Below, piece after piece: positions 14,351 through 28,939 of a stretch of 64,000 bases of DNA. Source of the stretch: Eledone cirrhosa (Eukaryota); assembly GCA_964016885.1 (NCBI GenBank), contig OZ024740.1, forward strand, positions 186,248,001-186,312,000, read 5' to 3'. The notes under the pieces were generated by a model. That model had not been told where the DNA came from. It ran no database searches and saw only the letters and a program-made list of their open reading frames with translations. The position numbers and the translations under genes are program-made. Numbering within the stretch: position 1 is the stretch's first letter; every line of letters starts with the position of its first letter.

Positions 14351-15520
14351 AATATGTATATATGTAAATATGTATATGTAAATGTGATGTTGAGTATTTT
14401 TGTTTATTGCATCACGGGGTCTGCTAATCGGAATGAGGATATCTACTCATTAGTTAAAACATCCAACATGAATGGAACATATATATATATATAACACATG
14501 TAACTTTTCTTCGTATATGTTAGTAGATATTGCATCAATTAATATAATTATAAGTTATGTTTTCTTATCGATTTAACGACAGAATGTTTACCAGCTTATT
14601 ACGGTCGTGTCACGTTTACACTGACAAAATAATTAACTTCGATTTAGATACATATCTAACGCCGCATAATAATATTCAGCATGTGATTGCATTTCCTAAA
14701 GAAAATTACTTATTCGAAATTATTAATATGTTTGGCTGGCTGAAACTTTTGAGTTGGTTAAGGAAACATATCAGATAAATCTGTCAATGTATTGAAATTA
14801 GAGCATATTATAGAATTTACATTTATAATTATTAAAAGAACAGTTAAATTTAAACAGGCAGTTGCATAAAACATATTGAGTCCTCTTTATTAATTGACAA
14901 CTCAATTGTTCTTCCTGAACATCACTTTCAGCTGATGTAATTTGCCGACTTCTAAGTTTCTAAAATGTAATATTCAACGACATAAAAACATATGGCTCGA
15001 GTTTGGCAAATCTTGAAATTAAAATTATATTCTTAGAAAGTATTAAATGTATTTATTATATGAAATGAATAATGCGAAGAAGAAATAATGTAGAAAAGAT
15101 TTCAGAAATAACAAAAATGTTATTTTAAATCAGGAAATATCAATAATATTCGCAATTGTAATGTAGTTTTCAATAATGTGAAAATAAAGTACATGTTTAT
15201 ATAAATGAACAGCCAGACAGAAAGTCTAACAATTTTATATTATAAATGATTATTAAAATATTTCATGTAAAAGACAAAATAAGAAACATTTTCTTATGAA
15301 ACAGATAAACTTGTCAAATCAGAAATGCAATATATTCTGGCATCCCTGCTACGATTCCATTTTGTAACTCACTACTTGGTGATTACTGTACAGAGATAGC
15401 ATTAACAATTCGTGCGTCCTAAAATGTCTCGTAATCTTTTTATGCATAAAATATTCGTACGTCGAAACCAAAATCTATTATGCAAACAAATGCCTTCATA
15501 GAATATAAATAATAATAATA

Positions 15521-15591
15521 ATTGTTTCTACTTTAGGCACAAGGTCAGAAATTTCCCAGTACATTACTGGTACTTTATTTTATCGACCCCG
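15521..15591 (-). mobile_element. SINE 3' fragment
   Basis: Tail and core sequence of the main SINE family, following (TAA)n. Confidence 0.8.
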
Positions 15592-17367
15592 CTTTCACTC
15601 CAATTTATTATAAATTAAATTATAGATTTTTAAAAAATTTATAAATTTCCGGTTTGTTGGTTGCTTCCACAACCGGACGGTGGTTCATATGTTGTCAAAG
15701 TGCTTTCGTTTCGTCACACATTCTGTGACCTCATCAGTGACCGGGGATTCTTTTCTTTGTTTTGTACCTCTCCTTTGTTCTGTCCTACGACAGAACAAAG
15801 GAGAGGCAATATGGTGGGACAATAAACTTAAAGAACATTTAGAAGACAACAACCTCTTAACCCTGATTATGTACTCTCGCTACGTTGATGATATAAAAAT
15901 CGTAGTAAGATCACTCCCACTAGAGAACAGTCAGGAATTAGAGAAAGACTACATGGAAAGCATCCAGCAAATACCTAACTTCATCCGCTAGAGTATTAAA
16001 GTCACTATAGACTACCCAAGCAAACACCCCAACCATCGATTACCTGTACTGGACACAGAGCTTTGGTTAGAAACCATTAATAACAAAAAGCAAATCCTCC
16101 ATTCCCATTATGCCAAATCCATGACTTCCAAATACCTGATCCACCGAAACTCAGCTGTTTCGGATCACGCCAAAATCAACATACTGATTGCGGATTAGGT
16201 ACAGGTGATGAGGAACGTTTCCCGCATGTGAAACCCCAAAGAACTAGAGAGACACATACAACACTTCATCCACCGTATGCAGTTCTCTGGTTACAATCAG
16301 AGAGAAAAAATCAGAGTATATAGAGGAGCCAGAACCAAATGGGAAAAAATGGTAAATAATGATACAAATGGGACCTGCCCCTTGTATAGGAGCAAATTTT
16401 GGAATGGAATAGAAAGAACTAGGAATAAGGTTAATAGAATAAACTTATGGTATGATAGCAATATATACCAGAGTATAATGTTCATCAATACAACCCCTAG
16501 AGGTGAACTAGCTTACAAATTTAGAAGGGCCCTAGATAAACTTAAACTAAATATTAAGATAGTGGAAAGGCCAGGTACCTTCATAAAAACACTTATTAGT
16601 AATACATACCATTTTCAAAGACATCCTTGTATAGATAAGAAATGCATAATCTAAAACTAAGCCTCTGCAAAACTAGAAACATATTATATACCATAAGATA
16701 TACTTAGGGACAATATAAAGATAATAATATAATGTACATAGGTGAGACAGCTCGTAGTATAGGAGAACGATTAAATGAACACTGGCGAGTGCTTCAAGAT
16801 AGAAAGGACTCATCAGTACTCCACCGACATGCTAAAATAGAACATAAGGGCAAATTAGAGAACATAGAAATAGAAATAAAATCTACACACAGAAAAGACA
16901 CAATGTTTAGACAAAATACAGAGGCAATAAACATAAATGAACTCCAACCAAAATTAAATAGAAAACATGAATGGAATAGCAACATCACAACTTACAATTA
17001 TAGAACAAACAACCAACTAGTAACATGTAAATAAACAAATAAATAAATAATTAAAAACACACACAGACACCCTGAGTAACACATGCGCAAACTAAGCACA
17101 CAACACACACAAAAACAAGATGGCGTAGGACAGAACAAGGGAGAGGCACAGGACAAAGAAGGGAGGCCCCGGTCACTGTTGAGGTCACGGCATGTGTAAC
17201 GAGGGAGCTTTGACAATATATGAACAACCATCCGGTTGTGGAACCAACCAACCAGCCGGAAATTTATAAATTTTTTTTTAAATTTATAATTTAATTTATA
17301 ATAAATTGGAGTCAAAGCGGTGGTGCGTGTGTTTCTTATTGGCAACATGACCCCCCCAAAGTATAAG

Positions 17368-17370
<3 letters not shown>
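15592..17370 (+). mobile_element. Penelope-like element, 5'-truncated, with inverted 5' pseudo-LTR; RT C-half + C-terminal GIY-YIG (pseudogenised)
   Basis: YSRYVDD, LPVLD, MQFSGY, CPLYR, KIVERPG, YIGETARSIGERLNEH, HRHAKIEH, RQNTEAINI, LNRKHEW; 15592-15790 is the reverse complement of part of the 3' LTR (17120-17320); several stops. Confidence 0.9.
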
Positions 17371-17416
<46 letters not shown>

Positions 17417-17421
<5 letters not shown>

Positions 17422-17808
17422 ATAATTTGGGAGGGTCATGTTGTCAATGGGAGGCACACGCACCAGGCATTCACTCAAATTTATTATAAATTGAGTTATA
17501 AATTTTAAAAAAATGTATAAATTTCCGGTTGGTTGGTTAGTTTCACAGCCGGACGGTCGTTCATATATTGTCGAAGTTCTTTCGGAAAAGAATCCCCGCT
17601 CACTGATGAGGTCGCAGAATGTGTGACGAAAGAATTTTGACAATATATGAACAACCGTACAGTTGTGTAACCAACCAACCAACCAACCAACCAACCGGAA
17701 ATTTGTAAAAACTTTTTAATTTATAATTTAATTTATAATAAATTGGAGTGAAAGCAACTGGTGCGTGTGTTTCTTATTGGCAACATCACCCTCCCAAAGT
17801 ATAACAAT
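17417..17808 (+). mobile_element. Solo palindromic insertion of the same PLE pseudo-LTR (inverted 17417-17584, direct 17590-17808)
   Basis: The two arms are reverse complements of each other; flanked by (TA)n. Confidence 0.85.
17599..17642 (+). ncRNA. Hammerhead ribozyme in PLE pseudo-LTR
   Basis: tca CTGATGA g gtcgca gaatg tgtgac GAAA gaattt tga; other copies at about 15695-15742 (-), 17170-17215 (+, decayed) and 28240-28280 (-, decayed). Confidence 0.7.
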
Positions 17809-17814
17809 ATATAA

Positions 17815-17878
<64 letters not shown>

Positions 17879-18874
17879 TTGACTGTGTGTATGTGTGTGT
17901 GTGTGTATAAAAGGTAAAGAGAAGTAATGAAGAAATATATTACTTTATCGCTTAAAATAACAGGAAAAGATAGAATTAAAAATAAATGGCAAAGCAGAAA
18001 GAAAGAGAAAGGAAGGAAATTCTAAAATGAGAAATAATAAACACATGCCCGTATTCAGTCAGCCATTTTGGATATATATATATATATGGAATTTACTCTG
18101 GGTAAGTAACAACACAAAAATGAAGATATATTTTATTTTGCTAGGTTCGTACTCAGAGAACTACATGTTTCTAACTGTTTGGATGTATGTCCTTCATCGG
18201 TAAATTATAGGTAAAAAGGGAAAGAATATGTCCAAACAGAATGAATGAAAGATAAGGAACAGACGTTCTACCACACGTTTGATATATCAACACAGTATTC
18301 AAATATTAATGACTCCGTATGTGTGTGCGCGTGCGTTTGTGTTATGTGTGTGTGTGCGTGTGTGTGTGTGCGTGCGTGTATTTTGTTTGTATTCTATAGT
18401 CAAATTGAAAATGAAAGGTGCACTATTTTGCATATTATTTTTTTTTTCACCTCATGTAAATTTTAATGAATAGAAAGGTGGATGATGCAGCAACAGAAAC
18501 TATCTGGTTAGAAAATAAATAGCAGTGTATAGTGTTGATGTTGTGCTAGTGACTCAACAATAACATAGCTCGTACTGCTTCTAAAAAAGTTTCGCCGACG
18601 TTGTACTTCAGTACCGTTTACCAAATTTAGTTATTATCCTTATTTCTTAAAAATACAATTTGCAACCGTTTCAAAATCATAACGCTATCATGAATCCAGC
18701 TGATACACTGAGCCATGCTTTTCACTGCTGAATGAAATACAAATCATTTGTAAGTGGAAATATTTTCTATTGATTTGAGGGTTTTCAACTGATCATCTAC
18801 TCCTAGTAAAGCTTAAACTCATCTTCATTGTAGGTAGCGAACATTTTTGTTTATTGAGCAGATATTATTTGTGT

Positions 18875-19055
18875 GGATTGGCAGTATCGGTAGAGAGTCG
18901 GACGCCATGCTTTCCAGCATAGTTACGTCCTCCCTTTACAGTCTGAGTTGAAATCCCGCCGAGGTTAACTTTGCCTTTCATCCTTACGGGGTCGATAAAA
19001 TAAAGTACCAGTAATGTACTGGGTAATTGATGGCCTTGTGCCAAAAGTAGAAACA
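18875..19055 (+). mobile_element. Near full-length SINE with 11-bp TSD
   Basis: A/B-box-like head and core; TSD attatttgtgt at 18864-18874 and 19056-19066. Confidence 0.9.
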
Positions 19056-20514
19056 ATTATTTGTGTCATACTAGATATATTAACTTGATATATTAAATTA
19101 GCTTTTATACAGATATTATATCAATCTCCCTCTCTGATTTTATTTAAATTATATAATTTTTTAAAGTACGTAAATGTTTTTTTATGGAAATAGTTTAGAC
19201 ACAAATAACTAATCGAAGAATTAGAATTTTTTTTTTTTTGTTGCTGTTCATTTTATTTTTCACTTTAACCAGCAAGTATTTAAATCGCTACACTATAAGT
19301 CTTAATTGTGAATATCTACAAGATATAATGTTTCAGCTCTGTATGTAGGAATAGGATCTGAGCTTGTTTAAAAGTAAAATAGAAAGATTATTTTATTGAC
19401 AACCACTGCTTTATGATTTCTATTACGAAGATTAATGTATTTATCTGAGCTCTTAATGAGGTAACTTAAAATTTCGTCAGCACATGTTGTCTCAGCATGA
19501 CTAGTGGATAAGAAAAACAAAAGCGAAACATTAAAATATTCTTCGAAGGATAGTATGAAGAAGACAAGTTGCTTATTTTATTTTATATTGTATCTAAATT
19601 TACATTTCTTTCGAAAAACGTTGAATAAGTAGACACCACTTCGATCATATATTTTATACTCGCCAGAATTTTTCACTTTTTCTTGAAGTACAGTATATTT
19701 CAAGAGCTATTCTAATAGATCTGTTTTTCAGAAATTCGCTCCTAATATGTAATTAAATAAAACAGAGTTAATGCGATATAATTTTAGCATTTTTTCTTAA
19801 AGTGGTTTCGCGCCTAAATCTCTTCAAAACTTAAATGCAAAATTGTCTAGATCTGCCAATTGAATTGCCACCACGGAACACTAAACTGTAGGTAATTTGA
19901 CTGATATGTGAGGTTTATTATTTTGGACAATGACTAGCCTCGGGTAATATTATTAAGTATGCGTTTCACCAATAAAATTAACTTCATGATTAGCTTGTTA
20001 TTTTCCTGTTATTGTATTTATTCATTTTGCGAAACATTTTTTTCTTATGTTCGCTTAATGTTAAGTGCTATATCTCCCAAGCAGATATTTCGAGCAATCT
20101 CCAATAATTTCCATCAAAATGTGTTGAAAATTATTCAATGAATAATTTAAGTTAACTTGTCACCAATTACCTTCGTGTGAATTCTGAGAATATATTTCCA
20201 TCTTCACTATACAACGGTTTAACAAAAGAACATTATAGATTCGAAGTAACGTATAACGTTGAAAGTAGATTTGTAGTCAACAGTTACTCTAGACAATATA
20301 ACGTATATACCTAATATAAAGAAAATGAAATGGCGAAAGTCAAAATCGTAATTTCATAGTACCAAACCCCGATCCTTACCATGTTTTACCGTTGGCTGGT
20401 TTGGAATATATTTTGCAACAGTGAATATACCAAAATCGAGTGTTGGTGTTAAACTGAGAAACTGATTAAGTTTTGAAATAGGTGGATAATCAAGCTACCC
20501 TCTCTAATGTGTGT

Positions 20515-20517
20515 ATT

Positions 20518-20549
<32 letters not shown>

Positions 20550-20715
20550 GGGGGGGGCCTGTGTGCGTGTGCGTGTGTGGGTGTGTGTGTGTGTGTGTGC
20601 CTGTGTGCGTGTGCGTGTGTGTGGGTGTGTGTTTGTGTGTGTGTGTGTGTGTGTATGCGTGCGTGTGTGTGTGCGTGTGTGTCTGTGTTTGTATGTACGC
20701 TTGTGTGTATCTTTG
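20515..20715. repeat. (TA)n/(TG)n compound microsatellite
   Basis: Direct reading. Confidence 0.9.
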
Positions 20716-22039
20716 TGCGTATTAAATTGTGTTATACTCTTCCAGTACCAAATGAATACATGACAATAGTCTACTATTCGGTCAGGATAGAGAAACACTT
20801 TCGCTCCGTTAACGTAAAATTTTGAGGTTTCAACTACAGACAAGCTTAATGAATGTCTGTCAAATTTAAGCCTTATTCAAACCCGGAAGGTGTTGGAATA
20901 GTGACGTTCAACTTCTATGCCAATTCTTCTTATTTCTTCGCTCCATGTCAGCCCTAATAAAGCAGAACTTTGATCAAAGGCGTTTCATCCATGAACACCA
21001 CATCTCATTTTATCTAAAATGCTATCATCTAATGTGTCTTTCTTTTCACATATTGTAGATTGAACCCTGGATGGGGTTTTCCTGTTATTTCTAGCTGATC
21101 TCCCAACTACTTAAAGATTCCTACGTTTTCCCGTGTTTTGATTTTTTTTTATAGGTTTTTTTTTCTATCTATTGCATATATGAAAGAGATGTGTTTCGAT
21201 GACCGGTTCTTAAATATGTTTTATATGATCCCGATCAACTTATTTAGTGTATGGATCTACTCAGTTACATCAAACTCAACATAGTCAGGTATATATGTTA
21301 TCTATCACAGAGACGAAAACACAATATCTGCTCAGGTATAATCAAAATATAATTAACATAACATAATTAATAGAAAATACCGGAAATTAGTTCAACTTTT
21401 TTCTATAGGTGTATTGCCATTATATAATTCTCTAGAACAGTGTTCAACGTTTCTCCAATTTTTTCTACAACTTCCACCAAACATCCCCCACTTTACACAA
21501 GCTGTAAATATCAACGAGTAAATTTGACTGACAAATTTGAATTGTTTTGGGGAAAATACTATAGCTGATCATAAATAACTCCACACAACATTCAATCTCC
21601 TCCAACTCGCGGCTCCTTTCTATCCTGGGTGTGAACTTGCCTACTGACTCCATTAATTTGTTACTAAGTCTTCGTTATATTTTTGGGGTTAAAACCTTTA
21701 GGTAATTTGTTGAGAAACTGTGCAGTGCCGTCAAATTGCAGCAGCTAAACATTCGTCTAATTTACTTAGTGAGTAGTGTCAGTTCAGACTCTCTACCATT
21801 TCATTCACTGTACCGTAATCGATAGCTATATAATCGGTGCAGGTTTTCTATGGTATATATGTGTGTGTGAGTGTATTTTTCATTGATGTGTAATGGTGGA
21901 GGTATATATATATTATTGAGAAAACTAGAAAATTGTTGGTTTATGTAGTGCTTTAATATATTTGTTCTCCGTCGAGTGAGTTGCAGTGATTCCTTTAGTA
22001 CTCTAGTGAGTGATGTTGAAGACAATTGTTTACGAACTG

Positions 22040-22041
<2 letters not shown>

Positions 22042-22105
<64 letters not shown>

Positions 22106-22185
22106 ACGCCCATACTCACACACAATACATATATATATAGAGAGAGTGAGAGAGAGGGAGAGAGAGGGAGAGAGAGAGTGAGAGA

Positions 22186-22247
<62 letters not shown>
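22042..22247. repeat. (CA)n and (GA)n microsatellites
   Basis: Direct reading. Confidence 0.95.
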
Positions 22248-22249
<2 letters not shown>

Positions 22250-24009
22250 TCTGTCTTTGGGTGCATACATACATTTGGTTTGCTATCATATTATGTACAC
22301 TTTCACAATTCGAATAAATGCACGTTCCTATATTCAAGAATAAATTATTGTACTGGTAAAACATTTGTAAATATGTATTGCATTCTCGGTTGAATTTGTA
22401 AAGATCTTTAGATATTTCAATAATATCACTATCAAAATAGGTTTTATTTCGTTTTGTATCTTCCCTTCTTTGCAAATTTTCCACTTAAATATCATAGGCC
22501 TTTATATGAAGTATGTATTGCAGTTTCCACTTCAATTCTATCTCTATAACAGAACATCTTAATTTGATTACTGTCGACCAATTAAATTTCTTTCCTGCGA
22601 ATTAAAATAAAAACGAACTTCAGTAAAATTGATACTTAGAACAGTAAATGTAATAACGGAATCAACACGAAACACGTTGTTAGATATATACTATCGACGT
22701 TTCTTTTAACTAATGAAATTAAATATATACTCAAATGAGTATATGTCATACTTCAAAAACATGGCAATTGCTTAACATTACGCAATGAAATAATTAGTTT
22801 TCAGAAACGTTATTGAGTTTCCTATTAGCGGAGAAAAAACATCAAGATACACCTCTATTGGCATACAAGATATGGTTATAAAGTGTTCGTATACAATAAT
22901 ACAAAATTTAATTGTCTTTATTATGATGATGTGTATACTTGCATGCATTCCCTTCGTTATTTGAACTTTGCTAAAGCTTTTATTTTAGATTTTTATTCTT
23001 ATTACACTTGTATCACGATTGTATCAAATAATACAACTAACGGATTATTATGAAGACGAAAGAGAGAGAATAAGAGTCAGAAACATTTATATTAGACAGT
23101 TGCTAAGCAGTTTATCAATGTAGGTCTCAATCCAGTTACTGAATAAGTGCGCAAAACTCTAAGAGTTTGTTGTTCTAGATTAAAAACTGCATCACTTGGA
23201 GGTCATGGCGGTGTTAGCTTTAGCTTTCTTATGAAATCTGAAATAACTTGGCTATATTCTGATTATTTATGACGCTGCAATCCACACGTTTGGTGTTCAT
23301 TTTGGATTTGGAAGCAGCTTATGAATGCACTGAAGGCTATCAGGGAATTAAAGTGCCAAAAATGTAATACTTTATAACAATAGGAAAAAGTATTTCGCGT
23401 ACACGTTCTTCAGGGAATGTGGTGGATATACATCTATTAAGTGACAATAAAGAAACAATAGTTTTGAAATATTTAAAGTTTAGTATATTATTCAAAACAT
23501 ATGGAGCTGGGGAAAGCATAACATTCAGTTATAAATATATGTTATAAAACAAATATATGAGAATTGTATTGTTTTAGGAAGTCCAAATGGGGGAAAGCTA
23601 AATTCATTCCTGCGGGATTTTACATCAGAACTGAGAGGGACGCAAGCAAGTATTTGTTCGGCCTCTACCGATTATGATAATCCATCACCCTTCCCCTCAA
23701 TAAACTACGACTTTAGACATATTTTGTCGCCGTGGTTCCTCATTAAATGAAAATATATACTTTAAATACTGTAGGTTGCTGAGTTTATTTATAGAAGAAA
23801 ATGATAGGATGTCTTATACGATTCGGATTTTTAGTTTGATACAAGTGTTGGTGCTGATGGTTTTAATAGTGTATTATTATACAGATTAAGGACGCAGTAT
23901 CACTGTGGATTTGAACAAAACCCTCATACTAAATACAAACCACATAATTTATTAATGACCATTATATATCGTTGTTTTTCTGTAACTCACATCTGGCGTA
24001 CGTTTATTG

Positions 24010-24245
24010 GACGTATGATCATGATGTCGTGGTTTCGATTCCTGGACTGGGTTGTGTGTTGCTTTCTTGTGCAAACACCTCATTTCACGTTGTTCCGGTT
24101 TACGCCACTGAAAATGAATACCAGCAGTAGATTGGGGTTTAACTCTGCGATAGACAGGTGTACTGTCTTTTACTCAGTCGCTTGACACCAAGGAAACTGA
24201 AATAAGCACCGTCCTGGTGAGCCTCCGGACTCGGGTCAGACTCAA
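24010..24245 (+). mobile_element. Second, older SINE family (CORE/V-domain-like)
   Basis: B-box ggtttcgattcc, ttcttgtgcaaacacctcatttcacgttg, ctctgcgatagac, actcagtcgcttgacaccaaggaaactgaaataagcaccgtcctggtgagcc; domain assignment is from memory. Confidence 0.55.
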
Positions 24246-24509
24246 TATCATTCGTTTCAGCATTCAAACATTTACCTAAACAACCAATTCATCCCCTTGA
24301 ATACGTTTCTCTTTTCAATGAGCATCAATACGATTTTTGCGTTCTGCTCATATACCTGTAACTGTGTTCCTATTACTGAAAAAGTATTCTAAACCACATT
24401 TAGAAAACAAAGACCATTCGCTTACAGATTGTTTTTGATCGTCCTCTTCTATTTCACACCCACTCTCTCCCTTTCTTTCTTTCTATTTCACTCCCCTCTT
24501 TCTACCTCT

Positions 24510-24685
24510 AGCCCTCTCTCTATATCTCTCTCTCTTTCTATCTCTCACTCACTCACTCACTCACTCACTCACTCACTCACTCACTCACTCACTCTCTCTA
24601 TCTGTCTATCTATCTATCTATCTATCTATCTATATATATATATATCTATATATCTAATTATCTATATATTTATATATCTATCTAT
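24510..24685. repeat. (CT)n/(CACT)n/(CTAT)n compound microsatellite
   Basis: Direct reading. Confidence 0.9.
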
Positions 24686-27600
24686 TCCTCCTACATCAGC
24701 TCTTTCAAACTACTAAACTGCGCCCCACACTACATAATATCATTATGCACCCACTCCCTTCTCATCCTTACAGTGTTTGATCTCACACATCGTGTAATAA
24801 GTTGAGTTTTTTCGTTTGTTTCCCTCACATTCTTTGTCATGTAATGTACTATCTTTACATTTATATATTTTCCTACGCTATAGTTTGTGGATGCATCTTG
24901 TTCTGCTTTTTTCTATAAACATATAATTGTAATTATATTCTTCTATTTCTCACATATCTAGGCTAATTTAAGTTTCCTTGTTTCTGTATGTTTACGTGTA
25001 TACGCGTAGGAGTATATGCGTATCTTTTCCTAAATGCGTATATTTGTATAGAGTCGTATGCGCAAACGACTGTGGGCATGTATACTAAATAAATCTTCCG
25101 AACTGTAATTAATCATTTCTAATCTCTCGGTAGGAAAACAGCTTCTTTTTATGCAGTAGAAACACTACCTGTTCTTGAATGTATTCTATGATAATATCCA
25201 ATGTCCGCTTTCTCATAATCCCTTCTGGGAAGATGTATTGTTAAGTATTCAGTACTGAGAACAATATTAAATTCCCAAATGTTAGAAGCTGTGTTATAAC
25301 CAATACAAAGAAACTCTTTCATCGATGGTAAATTCTCTTTTGTTCAGTTTTAATTCAAACTGCATCTTATTATCTTTATTTCTACCAATACATGCGCGCA
25401 AAATTTCTAACGCGTTGTGAACCCCCAAATGATCCTAATTTGATGTAGATCTTCCCAAGCAGCATAGATGCAATGAGATTTAGATATTCTATACGCTTCA
25501 GCTTCACATTTCAAAAGCTTACCACTAAACAACATGTCTGCTATATTAGAATATATATACCATTACCTGTTCATTATCACTAAAAACCCTATCATATTTA
25601 TTTTCTTTATAGAAACTTTTCTTCGGTAACTCAAGTTAATTTATCATTCACTATATATTTGTATGTACGTCACTCCTCTTTTCGCATGTAACCTAAGTAT
25701 TTTAAAGTGTCTTGTTTGTTAGTTCGTTTTAGTTTACCTACTAATTTACGTTATATAATCCTTGATGGATGGGCAGCTTTTGCCCATGTGAGGATTTGAA
25801 TCGAGCGTAAAATGCTGCAAAATATTCAACAGCCATATAATGTGGTCACTGACAGTGAATTTGGAGAGTCGTTATTTTGTGGTATTTTCCCCACTTCTAT
25901 GCCCATACTTCAAATCCAACTAAGGATTATTTGCCATTTCATCCTTCTGTTATATATAAAGAACCAGTCAAGCAGCAATAGTATCGGTATTTTCCCTCAT
26001 TCTCTCTCTCTCTGTCTCTCTCTCAACACGAGGAAGACTGTGAGAGAACATTATAGAGTTCATTCTCAGTTTCTCTGGAGGCGGAGAAAATGTGAGCTAG
26101 CGTACGAAAATCTCTTCACATAGAAACGTAATATACCATTGAAATCGTCCAAATATGGCAATGTGAAAACAGTCTATACTTGAGTAAGTTATATAGTGTT
26201 TATAAAGTTTATGCATTTTTCTATATGCATCTATGGGCATTTTATTGAGTAAATGTGAGAGTACCTTGGAAGAAGCTCTAGTGTGAAATAGATTGAGAAA
26301 ATACAGTTTATCAACAAAATCTCGTTCACAAACGACGTTTTCGTTTTATTGTTTCATTGATAATTGTAAATCATTAAAATTAAGGCTTAAGGCAAGAATA
26401 AATAGATACACATGTTTTGCTTCCTTTTGTTTCATATCACTTGACGTTATATAATATGCTCGAGTAAAATATACCTTAAAATAAATACAGAGGCAGTATA
26501 CATGCACGTACTTGGAATTGTGAAGCTTTTAAATTCAAGCATTGATTATATCACACACTAAAATAAAAGGTTTTTATACTATATTTTAGCATCACGTTCC
26601 TTTATAAGATTGTTTCTTTTATTCCCTAAATAGAATTATTCGAATAAAGCAAGCAATCTTCCCAGACAAAGAAGTATATTTTCAAATTGAATATTTCGTT
26701 ATTGGCTTTCAACTAAATGGCCATTGTTAAAAGAATGCCTTACTTTTTGTATCATTAATTTTTGGACGTGAACGTCTTCCTGTGACTACATCTTTCTCGA
26801 AACATTTCTAAAGGGCGCCTAGTTTTCAGAAAATATCCATGTACAAAATTCAATAATTTCGATTTATAATATTTTTAAGAAAATATAAAACACTATGGCA
26901 AATTTCGAAGATTATACAAAAAAGATGTGTTGTAGAATCAGAATAATTAAGACTGAAATGACTGAAATGTTAATTAAGGGAGTTAATTACGTATGAATAA
27001 TTCTCAAAACTATTAACCTTGAATATATCAAACAAATTAAATTGAAAGAAAGCATTCATAGAGCTCTTGTTGATTCGGAAATGTGGATATGAGTGATAAA
27101 GAAAAGGTAAAATTAAACGAGGGGAAAGAAGCAGAAAGCCTTAAAAGACGCGTTTTCGGTAGCTTAATGCATAGCATTCATTCAGAAGCCAACAAAACAT
27201 GTTATAGATAACATCCTGTATAAGTCGTGAGCGGCTTTGTATAAAATAGAAATAACTTCTAATTTATTCGAAAATGTAATCTAGCAGAAAACATACTTAT
27301 ACATGTGGCATAAATGTTGTAAGGTTTTGCTAGAATCACATTTCAATATCCTTCACCAGTATATACAAGGATTTTGCTTATTTTAGTATCTATTGAAATC
27401 ACCACATTGACATGGGATTATATTACTAAGACATGTCCGTCGTGTGGTTTGTGAGATTGTTTTTTGTTTTGATTTTTTTGTGCATATTTTGTAGCAGAAT
27501 ATGTGCAGTTCTGTGAATGGCTGTTTAGTGTACGCGTGTGGGAGGGTTGTGACTGCTCACGTCTATTGATCCAACGCAGAAATAGTGTGTAAGTAAATCA

Positions 27601-27855
27601 GATGTACTCTAGATACGCAATTTCCTCTTAAACTGCATTTCATGGTGCAGGTGGTTTGATCTCTTTTGCGTGGCAAAAGCCAAAAAATTCAATTATCTCA
27701 TTTGTCATGAATCGGAAAGATATGTTGCTGTTTTCTGCGATGGAATATATTTTTGTCATTGGGGGGTACCTTTAGGATTTATACTAGGCGTTTATGCTTC
27801 ATCTCAAAAAAAGAATTTAGCAACGAATATTATATAGTTGCATACACATACACCA

Positions 27856-27909
<54 letters not shown>

Positions 27910-27910
27910 T

Positions 27911-28105
27911 GGAAATTGTTCAAGACCCCGACGGCAGAGCTCAAGCCGTTTCGACGGCTATTTCATGTCCATAAATTGCCGTCGAAACGGCTTGAGCTCT
28001 GCCGTCGGGGTCTTCAACAATTTCCTCTTACCCACTCTACTACACCTAGTATTGTGTACTCTGGTGCGTTATGGTCCACCTGGTTCTTTATCACACTTCC
28101 TTCGA
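27911..28105 (+). mobile_element. Hairpin+tail element copy 2
   Basis: Inverted repeat 27911-28025 plus the same tail (tacccactctactac...ggtgcgttatggtccacctggttc), inside (TA)n. Confidence 0.8.
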
Positions 28106-28119
28106 TATATATATATTTT

Positions 28120-28385
28120 TTTTATAATTTGGGAGGATGATGCTTCCAATAAAAACACACGCACCTGTTGGTTTTCAATTCAATTTATTATAAATTACTG
28201 GTTGGTTGGTTCGATAACCAGATGGTTGTTTATATATTGCCAAACCTCTTTCGTCACACATTCTGTGACCTCCTCGGTAATTTGATTTTTATTTTGAGAC
28301 CCTCCTTTGTTCTGTCCTACACCATCTTGTTATTGTGTGTTGTGTGCTTAGTTTCCACATGCTTTACATCCGTGTGTGTGTGCGC
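28120..28385 (-). mobile_element. PLE pseudo-LTR copy (family of 15.6-17.8 kb)
   Basis: Reverse complement of 17060-17365, with a decayed hammerhead. Confidence 0.8.
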
Positions 28386-28496
28386 GTCCAGAATCAAACA
28401 GACCCACACAATGATCACGTCTCGAGCTGTCCACCGGCGAAACAATTTTAACACACAATAAGTTGAGTTCAGCTGTATCATTAATTATTCGTTTTC

Positions 28497-28563
<67 letters not shown>

Positions 28564-28636
28564 AATAAAGATTCACCGAGAATTGCATTTTCGGCGGGCA
28601 GGAAAAGCGAAGCGAAACGCAAAAATCAGAAATATA

Positions 28637-28694
<58 letters not shown>

Positions 28695-28939
28695 TTTTCT
28701 TTATTAACCACAAGGGTTCACATAAAGTAGACATTAAGGAAAGTACAGGACAATACAGGACGGTACAAATGGGCATTTCTGCGTGTAAAAAAACAGAGGT
28801 TGAAATAAAATAACAAAGAAAAATTCCCCAATAGGGGGGGGGAGACTTCGAAGGGTCATTTGTGGAGAAAGCCCATTAAAAGACCACAGTGGCCCTGACC
28901 ACCAGGGCAAGTGCCCTCTCCCAGTTTTCCACCTTTAAT

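Noticed and set aside
16229-16231. In-frame TGA as selenocysteine (as in some Naiad PLEs)
   Set aside because: The same ORF also has TAG and TAA stops, the EN is C-terminal unlike Naiads, and no SECIS was recognised.
18165-18205. Hammerhead-like ccgatgaaggac..atccaaac on the minus strand
   Set aside because: Too decayed to call; probably a dead PLE remnant.
20890-21110. Old interspersed repeat, similar to 2820-2960 and 47810-47980
   Set aside because: Similarity is patchy, and boundaries and class cannot be supported by eye.
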